A stretch of DNA of 61,999 nt, counting the filler, from a bacterium (GTDB lineage Bacteria; UBP15; UBA6099; JAJRTR01), in the NCBI GenBank assembly GCA_024278215.1. It is 5 parts of 5 records of this genome, joined end to end, with 100 filler letters (N's around TTAATTAATTAA, not from the genome) between each part and the next. Parts side by side here need not be neighbours in the genome. Positions count along the whole stretch, not along the records: positions 12,553 to 25,828 come from JAJRTR010000161.1; positions 25,929 to 43,898 come from JAJRTR010000162.1; 3 more parts are not named here. One strand, given 5' to 3'. Shown here piece by piece: positions 19,601 through 29,114 of the stretch (positions are counted from its first letter, which is position 1; each line of letters begins with the position of its first letter). Position numbers and translations under genes: made by a program. A model generated the notes under the pieces. That model was not told where the DNA came from and did no database searches. It worked only from the letters and a program-made list of their open reading frames with translations.

Positions 19601-20351
19601 CCACCAGCGAAAAACCGACTCGAGACCCGCCGCAGGTGTGTCGGGCAAAGACACAAGCTCGATCCGCGTCAGCTCGAAACCCTTCGGAAAATTCAAGTCT
19701 GCCGTCGTCAATGTTCTCAATCAGAGCTATCCCGGCCAGTTCTCGGGCACCACCAACTCGAAAACTATTTTCGCCAGTTTCGCCTACGCCCTTACTTCCG
19801 CGCTCACTATGACACCGGGAATCACGAAAACCGATACAAGCTCGGAAAGCTACAGCACAAACTCCGACCGCCGTACACTTATGCTCGACTACAGGCCCTA
19901 CCGCAAGAAGTATTCCACTACGATAAAACAGGAATGGGGCAACACCGACTCGCAAAGCGACACAAGCGCCCCCACAAGCAGCGACCAGCAAAGATTCAAC
20001 TGGGACTTCCTCTACAAGTTTTCCCCGAAAACAAATTTCATCTACAGGTTCGACAACCAGAAAAACTCTTTCTCGAGCGGCAGTTCGAGCACGTCCAGAA
20101 ACCGGAGTGTAAATGTCGTACATATTCCAAGTAAGAAAAAGCGCTATTCGCTCGTCTACAGAACCAATGACCGGAGCGATTCATCATCATCATCGCAGGA
20201 GCAGACCTACCGCTTCGAATCGGACATAAAACTTTCCGACATTATCAGGTGGACCACTAAATTCAGCATGAGTGAATATACAAACGACACGAATCCGGGT
20301 ACCAACTACGACGGCACTCTGCTTGAAAGCGAATTCAGGGCTGAGTTCTGA
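16605..20351 (+). CDS. Large exported protein, probable outer-membrane beta-barrel with repeated DYxIDYxxG modules
   Basis: Signal peptide; FlgT-C-like segment GIKPGDVFEV; Pro/Ala linker; four (D/E)YxI(D/E)Y..G repeats; amphipathic beta-strand C-half ending in Phe (EFRAEF). Confidence 0.65.
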   Translation: MTAKKKFIAAIIFLYVCVLSARSYAVPAFVSNVIYDFKNDEITFNMGPGRGIKPGDVFEVVREGERLGVLKAVEVSPLYTRMQIIVDEQKKGEEGIIGTIISAAEAGKLMLPREQAAAAPVESKGKEPKKNTTPEKPAVAPEAANPEELSAPVKPVGQRPALPETAKTATATSAVPPQAAGQQNAKKSDSGEPAANDFVVMDKELTEKVKDKKVDVKLSGYRYLKYRSYSADGDETNFLSRNGLLTQGSTYEQGSQLQAKMSYGGNVSLNGSFIELPYQERDMEFELLAGNYRALFGDVATDLRTGELGKIQKEITGTQLQYTTKKLEMDYLASRSRSEPQTISFYGDNTHGPFSLEAFEVLENSETVRINGVVVPREEYDIDYYLGQITFCTRADSTDCREVKTSDRVQVEFEEKMLLAMKGGNLFGVSSKYNFNEGRSLGFAYVEQEANKASERIRKSATYTATGSEIDSQTDCPASTICLPKTYQNTYTLMAKNFEKVYYNGQVWTNGEDYVLDDEGYAEGELELTSSYTASDVFRIEYTYYDKDFVQEVEFGDENSEYTSEIGNETYFILRKSRIYEGTETVRYCKGLVEDPCSDYQLLEYGVDYDIYEDGNALQIINNAYLPNDTTERYIQIAYLYVPSSSDNDSQYNQTVTEVYGKTNLGGVSLEFDFGRSESDIAKTPIQVLREQLTNVTGTYTCPVESGASGECVFSLENSNIIELSETLTITTTDVPLQRGVEYDIEYDTGVVELKGGVTLATGTIVFADYQYNPDVAEGIVDGKALRLKAATQISDFNIGLELGNSDTYFSPIGGNNTLETSRLDLSLDGNINDNLSLTLKKSSFDIARDIFESSTTGNDQLDAAVKYRTTRGYTFEYNYGKDEAIDDLATHKADDSRKRQGMKIGMPGIWKPDLTLTLARDQEDFSDNTDTNYDTSTRKNTIEVTYKKNNSMDLKANIATTEVDSSGLGDPFSTENVTRGLLLSFYPFDLLNVEADINHQRKTDSRPAAGVSGKDTSSIRVSSKPFGKFKSAVVNVLNQSYPGQFSGTTNSKTIFASFAYALTSALTMTPGITKTDTSSESYSTNSDRRTLMLDYRPYRKKYSTTIKQEWGNTDSQSDTSAPTSSDQQRFNWDFLYKFSPKTNFIYRFDNQKNSFSSGSSSTSRNRSVNVVHIPSKKKRYSLVYRTNDRSDSSSSSQEQTYRFESDIKLSDIIRWTTKFSMSEYTNDTNPGTNYDGTLLESEFRAEF

Positions 20352-20360
20352 AAACATACG

Positions 20361-21524
20361 ATGCGCGACAAAAAGTCAGACAACACAGTAATTACTGCAA
20401 CACTCACCTGCCTGTCCGACAGGTTTTCACCACGTGATGCGGTCATAAAAAATATCAGCTGTGCAGACATTCCCTGGCCGCGGCTGATGCGGATCGCCCG
20501 CGAAAACCGAGTTCTTCCGCAGATCGGCAAAAACGTCGCACGGGCCGGCGCTGAAAATATCATTCCTCCGGAATATAGAAAAGAAATCACCGGGGCACCC
20601 CGGCACGCGGCGGCAATGAACATGCTGCTCGACGCGGCCCGGCACGCGATATCGGGCGCGGCGGCAGCGCGCTCCATACCGCTGATTCCGCTCAAAGGCA
20701 TCTCGATGCTGGGGCGGGTCTGCGAGTTCGACGAAAGACGTATGAGCGACATAGACCTTCTCATAAAGAAGGAAAGTCGCGACCCGTTCCGCGACATGAT
20801 GGCGGAGCTTGGGTATAAAGAGGATGAAGATGACATACATGGCAGTTTCTCCGATGAACACGCAGGTGAAAACAAATATTACAGAATTGTTTCCGGCGCG
20901 CGAATAGCCGTTGAAGCACACTGGGACCCGGCACCCGAAACGGCGATAAAGAAGGCTTTCCCACTCCCGCCGGATATTCTTTGGCGCAGTTCTCATTGCG
21001 CATGTTCGCGGTGTGAACATACCGGTTCCCGCAACCTCAGCCCGGAGTCCGAGTTGCTTTTCTGCATCCACCACCTCGCCGCCCGGCACTCGTTCGCGCG
21101 CCTGATGTGGTTTCTGGACATACATTATCTGCTCGCCGCGCACAGTGGCGTCCTCGATGCGGACCTGTTGCGCACGCAACTCGCAGACGCCGGACTTTCC
21201 AGAGCGTCCCGTTTCATATTCCGGTTTTTAAAGCGCTTTTTCGGCGCGATAATCCCCCGCGCACTATCCCCGGATAGCGAGTCGCCCAGGAAAATTGATG
21301 GAATGATGGACGGTTTTATTATCGATTCAATCTGCGGCGGCAGAATAAAAAAAACAGGTCTGCTTCCCGGAATCTTCGCGGACAACCCCGTGCCGTATTT
21401 CACAGGATACCTTTTTCCACCCGTCGAATTCCTGAAATCGCGCTTCCCCGGCGTGCCCACGCCCCTGCTCTATCCATACAGAATAATCGACCTGGCCGGA
21501 AAAGTATTAAAAAGAGCAGATTAA
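20361..21524 (+). CDS. Nucleotidyltransferase family protein (NTP_transf_5-like)
   Basis: IPLKG, RRMSDIDLLI, VEAHW, LMWFLDI. Confidence 0.82.
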   Translation: MRDKKSDNTVITATLTCLSDRFSPRDAVIKNISCADIPWPRLMRIARENRVLPQIGKNVARAGAENIIPPEYRKEITGAPRHAAAMNMLLDAARHAISGAAAARSIPLIPLKGISMLGRVCEFDERRMSDIDLLIKKESRDPFRDMMAELGYKEDEDDIHGSFSDEHAGENKYYRIVSGARIAVEAHWDPAPETAIKKAFPLPPDILWRSSHCACSRCEHTGSRNLSPESELLFCIHHLAARHSFARLMWFLDIHYLLAAHSGVLDADLLRTQLADAGLSRASRFIFRFLKRFFGAIIPRALSPDSESPRKIDGMMDGFIIDSICGGRIKKTGLLPGIFADNPVPYFTGYLFPPVEFLKSRFPGVPTPLLYPYRIIDLAGKVLKRAD

Positions 21525-21765
21525 ATTTTGTAATCAGCTCAAAAGCTGCACCCGTTCAAAGTGCAACAACAGTGAATAATGATAGAAAAACGAGATCCTT
21601 CGATTCGCTCAGAATGTTCCCCCAAAAACAAAATCCCGTCCCCGTGACGAATCGCGGGAACGAGATATGCCTCCACAATATATCAACGATTTTCCAGGAC
21701 AATGAAGAATTTCAATCAAACATTTACAGCGCCGGCAATTCCTTGCGGGGTGCACTTCCGGCGGT

Positions 21766-22347
21766 TCAGGAACCGTCGGCACCGGTCAGCGCAACTTCCT
21801 TTTTCCCCTCGGATGTCTTCTTCACTTCGATTATTTCCATCGACATTCCCGCCTTTTCCAGTGCCTCCGCGTACTTCTCTTTTTCGCCCAGGAACCTGTA
21901 GGTTTCCGCAAGATTACGCCATGAATAGGCTTCCGCGATGCTGCTCTCGACAGCTTCTTCAAGCAACTTACGCGCCTTTTCATATTTTCCGGACTTGAGA
22001 TAGAGATAACCGAGATTGTTAAGCGTGTAGTAGTAGCCGGGCTTGAGCCGGAGGCATTTTTCATAAGCATCGACAGCTTTTTCGGACATGCCGAGCCTGT
22101 CGGCTGAGCGTGCCACGTAATAGTGGGCGATCCAGTTGCCGGGCTTCTCTTCCACGGCTTTTGTGGCTGTGTCGAACGCGGCCCTGTCTTCGCCATTCCT
22201 GAAAAGTTGCCTTGCATCCTTAACAAGGTCCTTCTTTTCAATTATTGTTTCACTCTTCGCCGTTTTTGCCGACGCCGTCTCTCCGGCATTCACAATCGCC
22301 GCGAAAGCGGCCATAAAGATTACAGTACATACGATCATTTTAAACAT
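21766..22347 (-). CDS. Exported tetratricopeptide-repeat protein
   Basis: Signal peptide; TPRs such as AVDAYEKCLRLKPGYYYTLNNLGYLY. Confidence 0.85.
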   Translation of the reverse strand: MFKMIVCTVIFMAAFAAIVNAGETASAKTAKSETIIEKKDLVKDARQLFRNGEDRAAFDTATKAVEEKPGNWIAHYYVARSADRLGMSEKAVDAYEKCLRLKPGYYYTLNNLGYLYLKSGKYEKARKLLEEAVESSIAEAYSWRNLAETYRFLGEKEKYAEALEKAGMSMEIIEVKKTSEGKKEVALTGADGS

Positions 22348-22873
22348 TTGTCATTTCTCCCCTGCCGTTTTAGTTTTGTTCTACCGCCTTCCGGCGGTTT
22401 GTCGTTCTGTCGCTTCCTGCGGCCGCTGAAAACTGCTTTCATCTTGAGCAAGAAACGAACCAACTCAGAAAAGAGGCTTGAATATTCGTCGCGTAACAGA
22501 AAAGAACAACCTTATTGTTATGCCGTTGTTTTTTCTTGTTTCTTGCCTTTCTCTCCCGTTTCATATACGTTAACTTCTGAAAAATACGGACTTTATAAAC
22601 AGTATTGTCGTCAGGAAAAAATATTGCTTAATATAAATCTACAGACGATTTTCCTGATTCTTTTGCCGGACGGTTCGTGTTGATAAATACACACAGTTCG
22701 ATGAATAATTGACACACCTGAGGTTTCAGGGAGGCTCAGGTCCTTTGCTTGACGTTAGCGACAGGATGCCGGCGATTGTTAAAAATTTCACAAAGGCATA
22801 TCTTATGTTTTCGATATTTCCCGCTTCATTGACGCACACAGATACTGCTTAATATACTGATATAAGTATTACA

Positions 22874-23530
22874 GTGCCGGTCAGCATGAGGATGTGGACC
22901 GAAAACCAGACTGGCAAAGATAGAACTTTTGTGGAAGCGGGAAAAGAAAAGCTGAGACAGTTAGAAGGAAAAACAGCGCTTGTTGTCGACGACGATGTCG
23001 ATCACGCAGTACTTGTAAAAGAGCAGCTCGAGTCGGTAGGAATGCTGGTTTCAGGCATTGCTCACGATGGCCCGACAGCACTGGAAATGATAGAAGCGCT
23101 TGATCCTTCTATTGTGATCCTCGACATCGTTATGCCCGATATGGACGGTATCGAAGTCGCAAGACGAATCAACGACAGGGAGCCTCGGCCCATCCTCTTT
23201 CTTTCCGCCTACTCGGATATCGAGTATATAGAGAAGGCAATGGCGACCAATGTGCTTACCTACCTTGTCAAGCCGGTGAAGATCGAAGAGATGGTGCCGT
23301 CCATTATTCTTACAATGGACAGGTTTCGGGAAGTGAGTGCCCTGCGGGCCGCTGTGGACGACATGCGCGAGAATATCATCAACCGGGAAATTATCGACAA
23401 GGCGAAGAAGTTGCTTATGGCGGAAAACGATATGAGCGAAAACGAGGCATATTCGACTATCCGGAAAAGGAGCAGAGAAGAAAATAAGCCGATTGTGGAT
23501 GTCGCCCATACGGTTGTTGCTCGTAACTGA
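22874..23530 (+). CDS. ANTAR-domain response regulator (AmiR/NasT type)
   Basis: VVDDD, ILDIVMPDMDG, YLVKP; C-terminal REIIDKAKKLLM...SENEAY..IRKRS; start uncertain. Confidence 0.9.
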   Translation: MPVSMRMWTENQTGKDRTFVEAGKEKLRQLEGKTALVVDDDVDHAVLVKEQLESVGMLVSGIAHDGPTALEMIEALDPSIVILDIVMPDMDGIEVARRINDREPRPILFLSAYSDIEYIEKAMATNVLTYLVKPVKIEEMVPSIILTMDRFREVSALRAAVDDMRENIINREIIDKAKKLLMAENDMSENEAYSTIRKRSREENKPIVDVAHTVVARN

Positions 23531-23539
23531 CAACCGGGA

Positions 23540-23717
23540 AAGCCGATTGCAAAATTCTGATTCGGCTGTGGCCGGCTGCAATTGTCAACAGCTGCGTTGT
23601 CGGCGAAAGACCGTCCTCGACGTAGCTCCGAGAGTATGCTTTTGGGGATTTTTCATCTTTGCTCTGTCCAGAAATATTTAGCCCGGCCTCGTTACAAACA
23701 TGATTTTGCAATTGGAT
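23540..23717 (+). mobile_element. MITE family A, copy 5 (degenerate ends)
   Basis: AGCCGATTGCAAAATTCTGATTCGGCTG...ATTTTGCAATTGG. Confidence 0.8.
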
Positions 23718-23743
23718 GAAGAGAACTCCTGTTTTATAAGGAA

Positions 23744-24139
23744 GTGGTATTGGGCCGCGGTTTGATAATGCCGCAAGGTATGTATACCGATGTGTTTAAT
23801 GCCATATTATTAGAGAGTGGCCGGACAAGTCACTTCAGTAATAAGGAGGGTGGTGCCTGGGTGTATAGAAGAAATGATGATGAGGCGCTGGAGATTGTAA
23901 AAAGGACTATCCGTGCGACATTTCCGGAAGTTACTATCTCCGTACTGGACAACCCGAATGATTACGCGGGCGGGATTCTTTACATCAGTAATGTGCCCAC
24001 GGATTTCCGGAGCGCATTCTCGAAGCAGCTCGACTTTGTAACTGTTCCTGTCGAAGCGGGAGATGACCGGGGGGTAATGGTGATCCCGATGCCGGAACAG
24101 GAGCCGGAGCCTGAAGATGCGGTCCGGCAATACGAATAG
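23744..24139 (+). CDS. Hypothetical protein
   Basis: Open frame directly upstream of receiver gene; start uncertain. Confidence 0.45.
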   Translation: MVLGRGLIMPQGMYTDVFNAILLESGRTSHFSNKEGGAWVYRRNDDEALEIVKRTIRATFPEVTISVLDNPNDYAGGILYISNVPTDFRSAFSKQLDFVTVPVEAGDDRGVMVIPMPEQEPEPEDAVRQYE

Positions 24140-24157
24140 TATTTATTGGGGTGCGGT

Positions 24158-24571
24158 ATGAAGACGGAACGGAAGATACTTATTGCAGATGACGACCAGG
24201 ACTTCAGGGAACTCATCGCTGATTACCTGGTCGAAAAAGGCTTCAAGATCGTCGAAGCCTGCGACGGCCACGAAGTGTTTCAGAAAGTCCTCGACGAAAA
24301 CCCGGATATCATCATCCTAGACGTTATGATGCCGCGCATGAACGGAATTGATGTTTGCAGGGAACTTAAAAGCGACTACCGGACTCGCGACTCCTCCATC
24401 GTTATGCTTACGGTCAAGAACAGGCTCAGCGACAAGCTCACTGCCTATGTGGCCGGTGCACAACGCTACCTCACTAAACCCTGTGAAATGCAGGAACTCG
24501 ACGACTGCATCCGTACTGTCCTCAGTCAGCGCGAAATCAACATATTCCAGCACAGACAGGATTACCGGTGA
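24158..24571 (+). CDS. Single-domain response regulator receiver
   Basis: KILIADDD, PDIIILDVMMPRMNG, YLTKP. Confidence 0.9.
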   Translation: MKTERKILIADDDQDFRELIADYLVEKGFKIVEACDGHEVFQKVLDENPDIIILDVMMPRMNGIDVCRELKSDYRTRDSSIVMLTVKNRLSDKLTAYVAGAQRYLTKPCEMQELDDCIRTVLSQREINIFQHRQDYR

Positions 24572-24785
24572 AAAGTGGCTGAACGTAAACCTGCTCCTGC
24601 CGGAATGTGAGCAAAGCGTTGCTGCATCACCGCTTTGTCTTAAGCCGGGAATTAATTTCCGGCGATGAAAGCGACAATGAATTGTCGCACTCCAAATCGT
24701 CTTGTGATCTTAAGTGAACGGTATTGGGGTCTAAACATACTCTCCATGCACTGCTTTTTTGACACCTGTGTTTACCCGTGCTAAC

Positions 24786-25828
24786 ATGCCTTCCATGACA
24801 AGGCGTCGGTTAAAAGTTATTACTATCATTGTTGCTATAACGGCATTCTTTGTCTACTCGGAGGTCATAGTACGCATTTTCTGGAAAAACCGACCTGTCG
24901 TCATCCGCTTCCGCAACGATAATATTTTCACTGAAGTTCCCGAAGGCGGCGTCGCTTTCGCCATAAAACCTCATTATCTGTTCTATTACGAGGGTACTGT
25001 CTTTACGACCAACGACCAGGGTCTGCGCAACGCAAATGTCACCGTTCCGAAACCGGACAACACGACACGCATACTTATGCTCGGCGACGAAACAGTGTTC
25101 GGGCCGGGATTGCCGGATGACAAAACATGGCCTTCCGCGTTTTCCGTTGCTCTGTCGGAGATGTTGTCCGGAACCACGGTGGAAGTGATAAATGGCGGGG
25201 TACCGGGCTATAATTTCGCGCGAACGGCGGCGGTGGCGGAACCACTGATAAAAAAGTATGCGCCTGATATTGTTATTCTGTCTATTGCCGAGGACGATCT
25301 CGACATTCAGGGCGCTTTCCATGGTGGAATGATGCCGCCGACCGAGGGGTCGCCGGCCAGGCAGCGACACGGAAAGTTACCCGCGCTCGGCAATCTTATG
25401 CTGCCGGACTCGAACGCGCCTCTGCGCTATTTCCTGGCAAACACATCCCAGGCCTATCTTTTCGCCGCTCTCGAATTCAAGGGTACCCATACTTTCCCCC
25501 TGCCTCCGGGAATCCCGTTGGGGCCGACAACTGCCGCGGAGTCCGGCACACGGCAGTTCGATCTCGCTTCGACATCCGCCTGCCAGGCCGGCACTCAAAT
25601 ATGGAATCCGCTCGGCAGCCGCCTTGCAAAACTCAAGGCTATGTCCGAAGACCGTAAATTTATTATTATGGGTGTCCTCTATTCAGACTTCCGCCTCCGG
25701 GGCCGCGCCGCGCTACGGCTCATCGAGTCCTTCGAGCGCGCCGCCATTCCACTGCTCAACCTTTCCACATACAGGAAATCGCAGGCATCGGAAATGAAGA
25801 CTCACACCCTCGGGTGGGCACCATGGCC
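24786..25828 (+). CDS. SGNH/GDSL-like membrane-anchored protein, truncated by contig end
   Basis: N-terminal TM; TNDQGLR, RILMLGDETVFG (block I with E for S), VINGGVPGY, PDIVIL. Confidence 0.7.
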
Positions 25829-25928
25829 NNNNNNNNNNNNNNNNNNNNNNNNNNNNNNNNNNNNNNNNNNNNTTAATTAATTAANNNNNNNNNNNNNNNN
25901 NNNNNNNNNNNNNNNNNNNNNNNNNNNN
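25829..25928. other. Artificial contig linker
   Basis: N44-TTAATTAATTAA-N44. Confidence 0.97.
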
Positions 25929-26068
25929 ACGTTGGTTTTGATGCCGTTTCGCTGTCCATTAAACATACCATAGCACATACTTGCAAAAACGTCTAGTGTA
26001 TGCAATAGTGCGCTATTGTATGTCATTGTGCTGCAACAGGGGTGTGAACGGTTACAAAAAATCCTGGG

Positions 26069-27514
26069 GTGAGGCGCGCAGTGGCGGAACAAACTATTGA
26101 ACATGTTTTATTTGTCCGGCTCGATATGGAGTCGGGGCCGGGCATGCACCCAAAAGACCGGACACTGCCGTTCACGCCCGTACTTGCCGCCGCGCAACTT
26201 GAAAATCGCGGTCATAAAACAAGTATGATAGACGTCCCGGCGGGCGGCGGTGTCCCGGCGCGGATCGTTGAAAAAGTCGCCGCGCATGACGGGCCTGTAT
26301 TGATCGAGGTCCAGGCGGGCAAACTCGAACATTTCGCTGAATTTACGCAACAATTGAAATATCGAAATAATAAAACAGTCGCTGCCTACGGGTTTATCCC
26401 GACCCGGAACCCCGCGCGGTTGCTCGAAATGAATGTCGCGGATTACTGCATCGCCGGAGAGGGCGAAGGCATCATACCCGCATTTGTCGACTGGCTGCGT
26501 GCGCGGAACGAACCGCCGCCGCCGGGCGTGATGTTTATGCGGAACGGCAGGCTGACGGGCTGCCCGGACGATTCGCCGCCGGGCACCGACGACATGCCTT
26601 TTATCCCCGCGGAAGTACTGAAAAGCAACAGGTATCACAAAGATTCGTTTCCACTGCAATTCGCCGGTCTGCGCTGGGGCTTCGTACTCGCCAACAGGGG
26701 CTGCCTGTACCGCTGCCCTTTCTGCACGGGAATCGCGAGGCAATCGCTGCTCAGGAAATACAGGCCGTGCAGCCCGGCAAGGCTCGTCGACGAAATGCAC
26801 TACCAGGTCAGCGAAGCGGGCAGGAACATCATCTCCATCGAAGACGACCTGTTCACCGGAAGGCGCGAATGGGTGATCGAAGTGCTCGAACTGCTCGAAA
26901 AACTGCCCCGTAGAATCCGCTGGATCGCACAGACAAGATTCGATTGTCTCGATGAAGAACTGATAATAAAAATGAAGAACGCCGGGTGCGCGGGTCTGTC
27001 GCTCGGCATGGAATCGGGCAGTGACAGGATACTCGATATACTCGGCAAAAACACCGATACACAGACGATAAGAAGGATCGGCGCACTGCTGCTCAAGCAC
27101 GGCGTCGCGACAAGATATACAGTGATGCTCGGCGCGCCCGGCGAAAAGGCGCGGGATTTCGCGCTCACCGCCACCCTCGTGCGCCGCCTGAAACCACTTG
27201 TCGTACAAATATATTTCTGCACTCCATACACCGATACTGTTCTGGACCCACATGTCGCCGACGGCTCCCTGAGAATGGCGGAACCGCAACCTGATATCTC
27301 CAACCTGTCCGGCCGCGAAATGGAGTCGCTCCGTCTCGCTTTCTATAGAAGCTACTACCTTTCTTTCAACTACCTGAGAACTCATTTCGTCCGGTTGCTC
27401 GCTTATTTCCTGCTCAACAGCAGGCAGGCGGTCAGGATAACAACTTTATTCATATCTTTTTTCCTGTCGGGGAGACGCGCAGGCGGGCAGACCGGCGAGA
27501 CGCATCCCGCTTAA
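26069..27514 (+). CDS. B12-binding-domain radical SAM protein
   Basis: GEGE, NRGCLYRCPFC, EDDLF, GMESGSDRIL; start uncertain. Confidence 0.87.
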   Translation: MRRAVAEQTIEHVLFVRLDMESGPGMHPKDRTLPFTPVLAAAQLENRGHKTSMIDVPAGGGVPARIVEKVAAHDGPVLIEVQAGKLEHFAEFTQQLKYRNNKTVAAYGFIPTRNPARLLEMNVADYCIAGEGEGIIPAFVDWLRARNEPPPPGVMFMRNGRLTGCPDDSPPGTDDMPFIPAEVLKSNRYHKDSFPLQFAGLRWGFVLANRGCLYRCPFCTGIARQSLLRKYRPCSPARLVDEMHYQVSEAGRNIISIEDDLFTGRREWVIEVLELLEKLPRRIRWIAQTRFDCLDEELIIKMKNAGCAGLSLGMESGSDRILDILGKNTDTQTIRRIGALLLKHGVATRYTVMLGAPGEKARDFALTATLVRRLKPLVVQIYFCTPYTDTVLDPHVADGSLRMAEPQPDISNLSGREMESLRLAFYRSYYLSFNYLRTHFVRLLAYFLLNSRQAVRITTLFISFFLSGRRAGGQTGETHPA

Positions 27515-27540
27515 TATGTAAGAACGAATAAACACGGCCC

Positions 27541-28746
27541 ATGATGATTCCGATGATTCCGAGAACGAGAACCCGCCATTTCAGGGGTCAGATATTCTAT
27601 CTGATAAAAGCGCTGGTTTCGGGCGCGCGCGCGACGGATGTCGGAGTGTTCGAGCATCTCGTGGCGCAAATGGCGGGCACGAAATACGCCAGCTCTTTCG
27701 CGTCGGGCAGGTCCGCGTTAACAGCATTGCTCGACGCGCTCGACTACCCGCCTCAATCGACGGTACTGCTGCCGTCGCTGAACTACCCCGCAGTGCCGCG
27801 CACAGTGGCGGCCGCCGGTCTGCTTATCCACTGGATACCTGTTTCGCGAGAAGGTCTGCGACCTGATTTCGACGCGGTTGACACGGCAGTGATTCAGGAG
27901 GCGGTCGCCGTGATATGGCCGCACTATTACGGTATACCGGCACCCGCGCAGGAAATCGCGCGGTTCTGCCGCCTGAACGACATCGACTATATTGAAGACA
28001 GCGCACACGCGCTGGGGGCGCGGGTAGGCGGCGCACCGGTCGGCGGTTTCGGACGCGCCGGCATCTTCAGTTTCGAGACATCCAAACCGGTCAACACTTT
28101 CGGCGGCGGCGTGATCGTCACAAACGACGAATTTCTGGCCGACAGGCTTACAGCGATTCGCGACTCACTTGCCGCACCCGCAGCCGGCGACATTCTGCGC
28201 CATATTATTAAGAGCTATATCGAAGCTTTTGCCACTAATCCATGGATATATTCCATATTTGTACGGGCTGCGATTTCGGGCGCGAAAAGGGATTGCAGAA
28301 GTGATTTCCTCGAAGAAAGCGCCGATGCCCCGCAACCACGCCCGGCTGCCGCGCTCTCCGCGCTTCAGGCCGGGGCGGGAGTCCGCAGACTGGCCGGATA
28401 CATGCGTGAACTGCCCGGGAAGCGCAGGCGCTGGAAAGCCGTTCAAGGGCTGCTCGATGCCGCGGAGCTTTCTGTCGCGCTCGATGCAGACTCGGAACCG
28501 AACGGCTATATGACGGTTGCCGTGCACAGCGACGCCAGGGCAGTCGCGCGCGCGTTTTTTTCGCGCGGCGTGGATGTGAAAATGGGATATATGAAAGATT
28601 GCCATTTGATATGTGAAGGCGGCGGCGCGGATTTGTGCAATTCGCTCGAGAACGAACTTTTTCACCTACCGCCCGGCACAGACCTTTCCCCGTCAGCTTT
28701 CGAAAAATACCTGTCGCTGATCGGCGACACCCTCCGAGACGTTTGA
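27541..28746 (+). CDS. DegT/DnrJ/EryC1/StrS PLP-dependent aminotransferase family protein
   Basis: ASGRSAL, HYYGIP, IEDSAHALGA, FSFETSKPVNTFGGG. Confidence 0.87.
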   Translation: MMIPMIPRTRTRHFRGQIFYLIKALVSGARATDVGVFEHLVAQMAGTKYASSFASGRSALTALLDALDYPPQSTVLLPSLNYPAVPRTVAAAGLLIHWIPVSREGLRPDFDAVDTAVIQEAVAVIWPHYYGIPAPAQEIARFCRLNDIDYIEDSAHALGARVGGAPVGGFGRAGIFSFETSKPVNTFGGGVIVTNDEFLADRLTAIRDSLAAPAAGDILRHIIKSYIEAFATNPWIYSIFVRAAISGAKRDCRSDFLEESADAPQPRPAAALSALQAGAGVRRLAGYMRELPGKRRRWKAVQGLLDAAELSVALDADSEPNGYMTVAVHSDARAVARAFFSRGVDVKMGYMKDCHLICEGGGADLCNSLENELFHLPPGTDLSPSAFEKYLSLIGDTLRDV

Positions 28747-28993
28747 AACCGGGTCTCCCCTCCTTTTTGCCCTTTCCACCTTCCTCCAGTGGGAGAGAAT
28801 CGACTGAACATCTGCTTTCACAACCACAAGGAGTTTACACCACGCAACGGCACAAAAACGTATCACGCATAGGTGAAACGGCACGAAAATGTCCTATCAC
28901 TTTAGAAACGCAAAATATGGCTAATAGTCACTATAAATAAATATATGCGTTAGATAAAGGGTTATTTGAGATTATCATGATAAATACATCACA

Positions 28994-29008
28994 TGGCACT
29001 GATATTGA
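28994..29008 (+). promoter_or_regulatory. Possible sigma54 -24/-12 promoter of amtB
   Basis: TGGCAC-N5-TTGA (consensus TTGC) downstream of an AT-rich tract; imperfect -12. Confidence 0.35.
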
Positions 29009-29114
29009 GCAACAAGCTGTGTCGAGAGTCTGAATGATACGACTGGGAACAATAACGCAGAAATTTCGGTGTGTATTTCAGAGCGCACAAGTTTAGCATG
29101 AAAGGTCAATTATT

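Noticed and set aside
18408-20123. Long antisense ORFs (571 aa here; also 11007-12389, 26108-27385, 60549-61790)
   Set aside because: Shadow frames opposite well-supported GC-rich genes, with no recognisable motifs
22700-22870. ANTAR twin-hairpin target RNA upstream of the ANTAR regulator
   Set aside because: Could not identify two hexaloop hairpins with the conserved loop bases by eye
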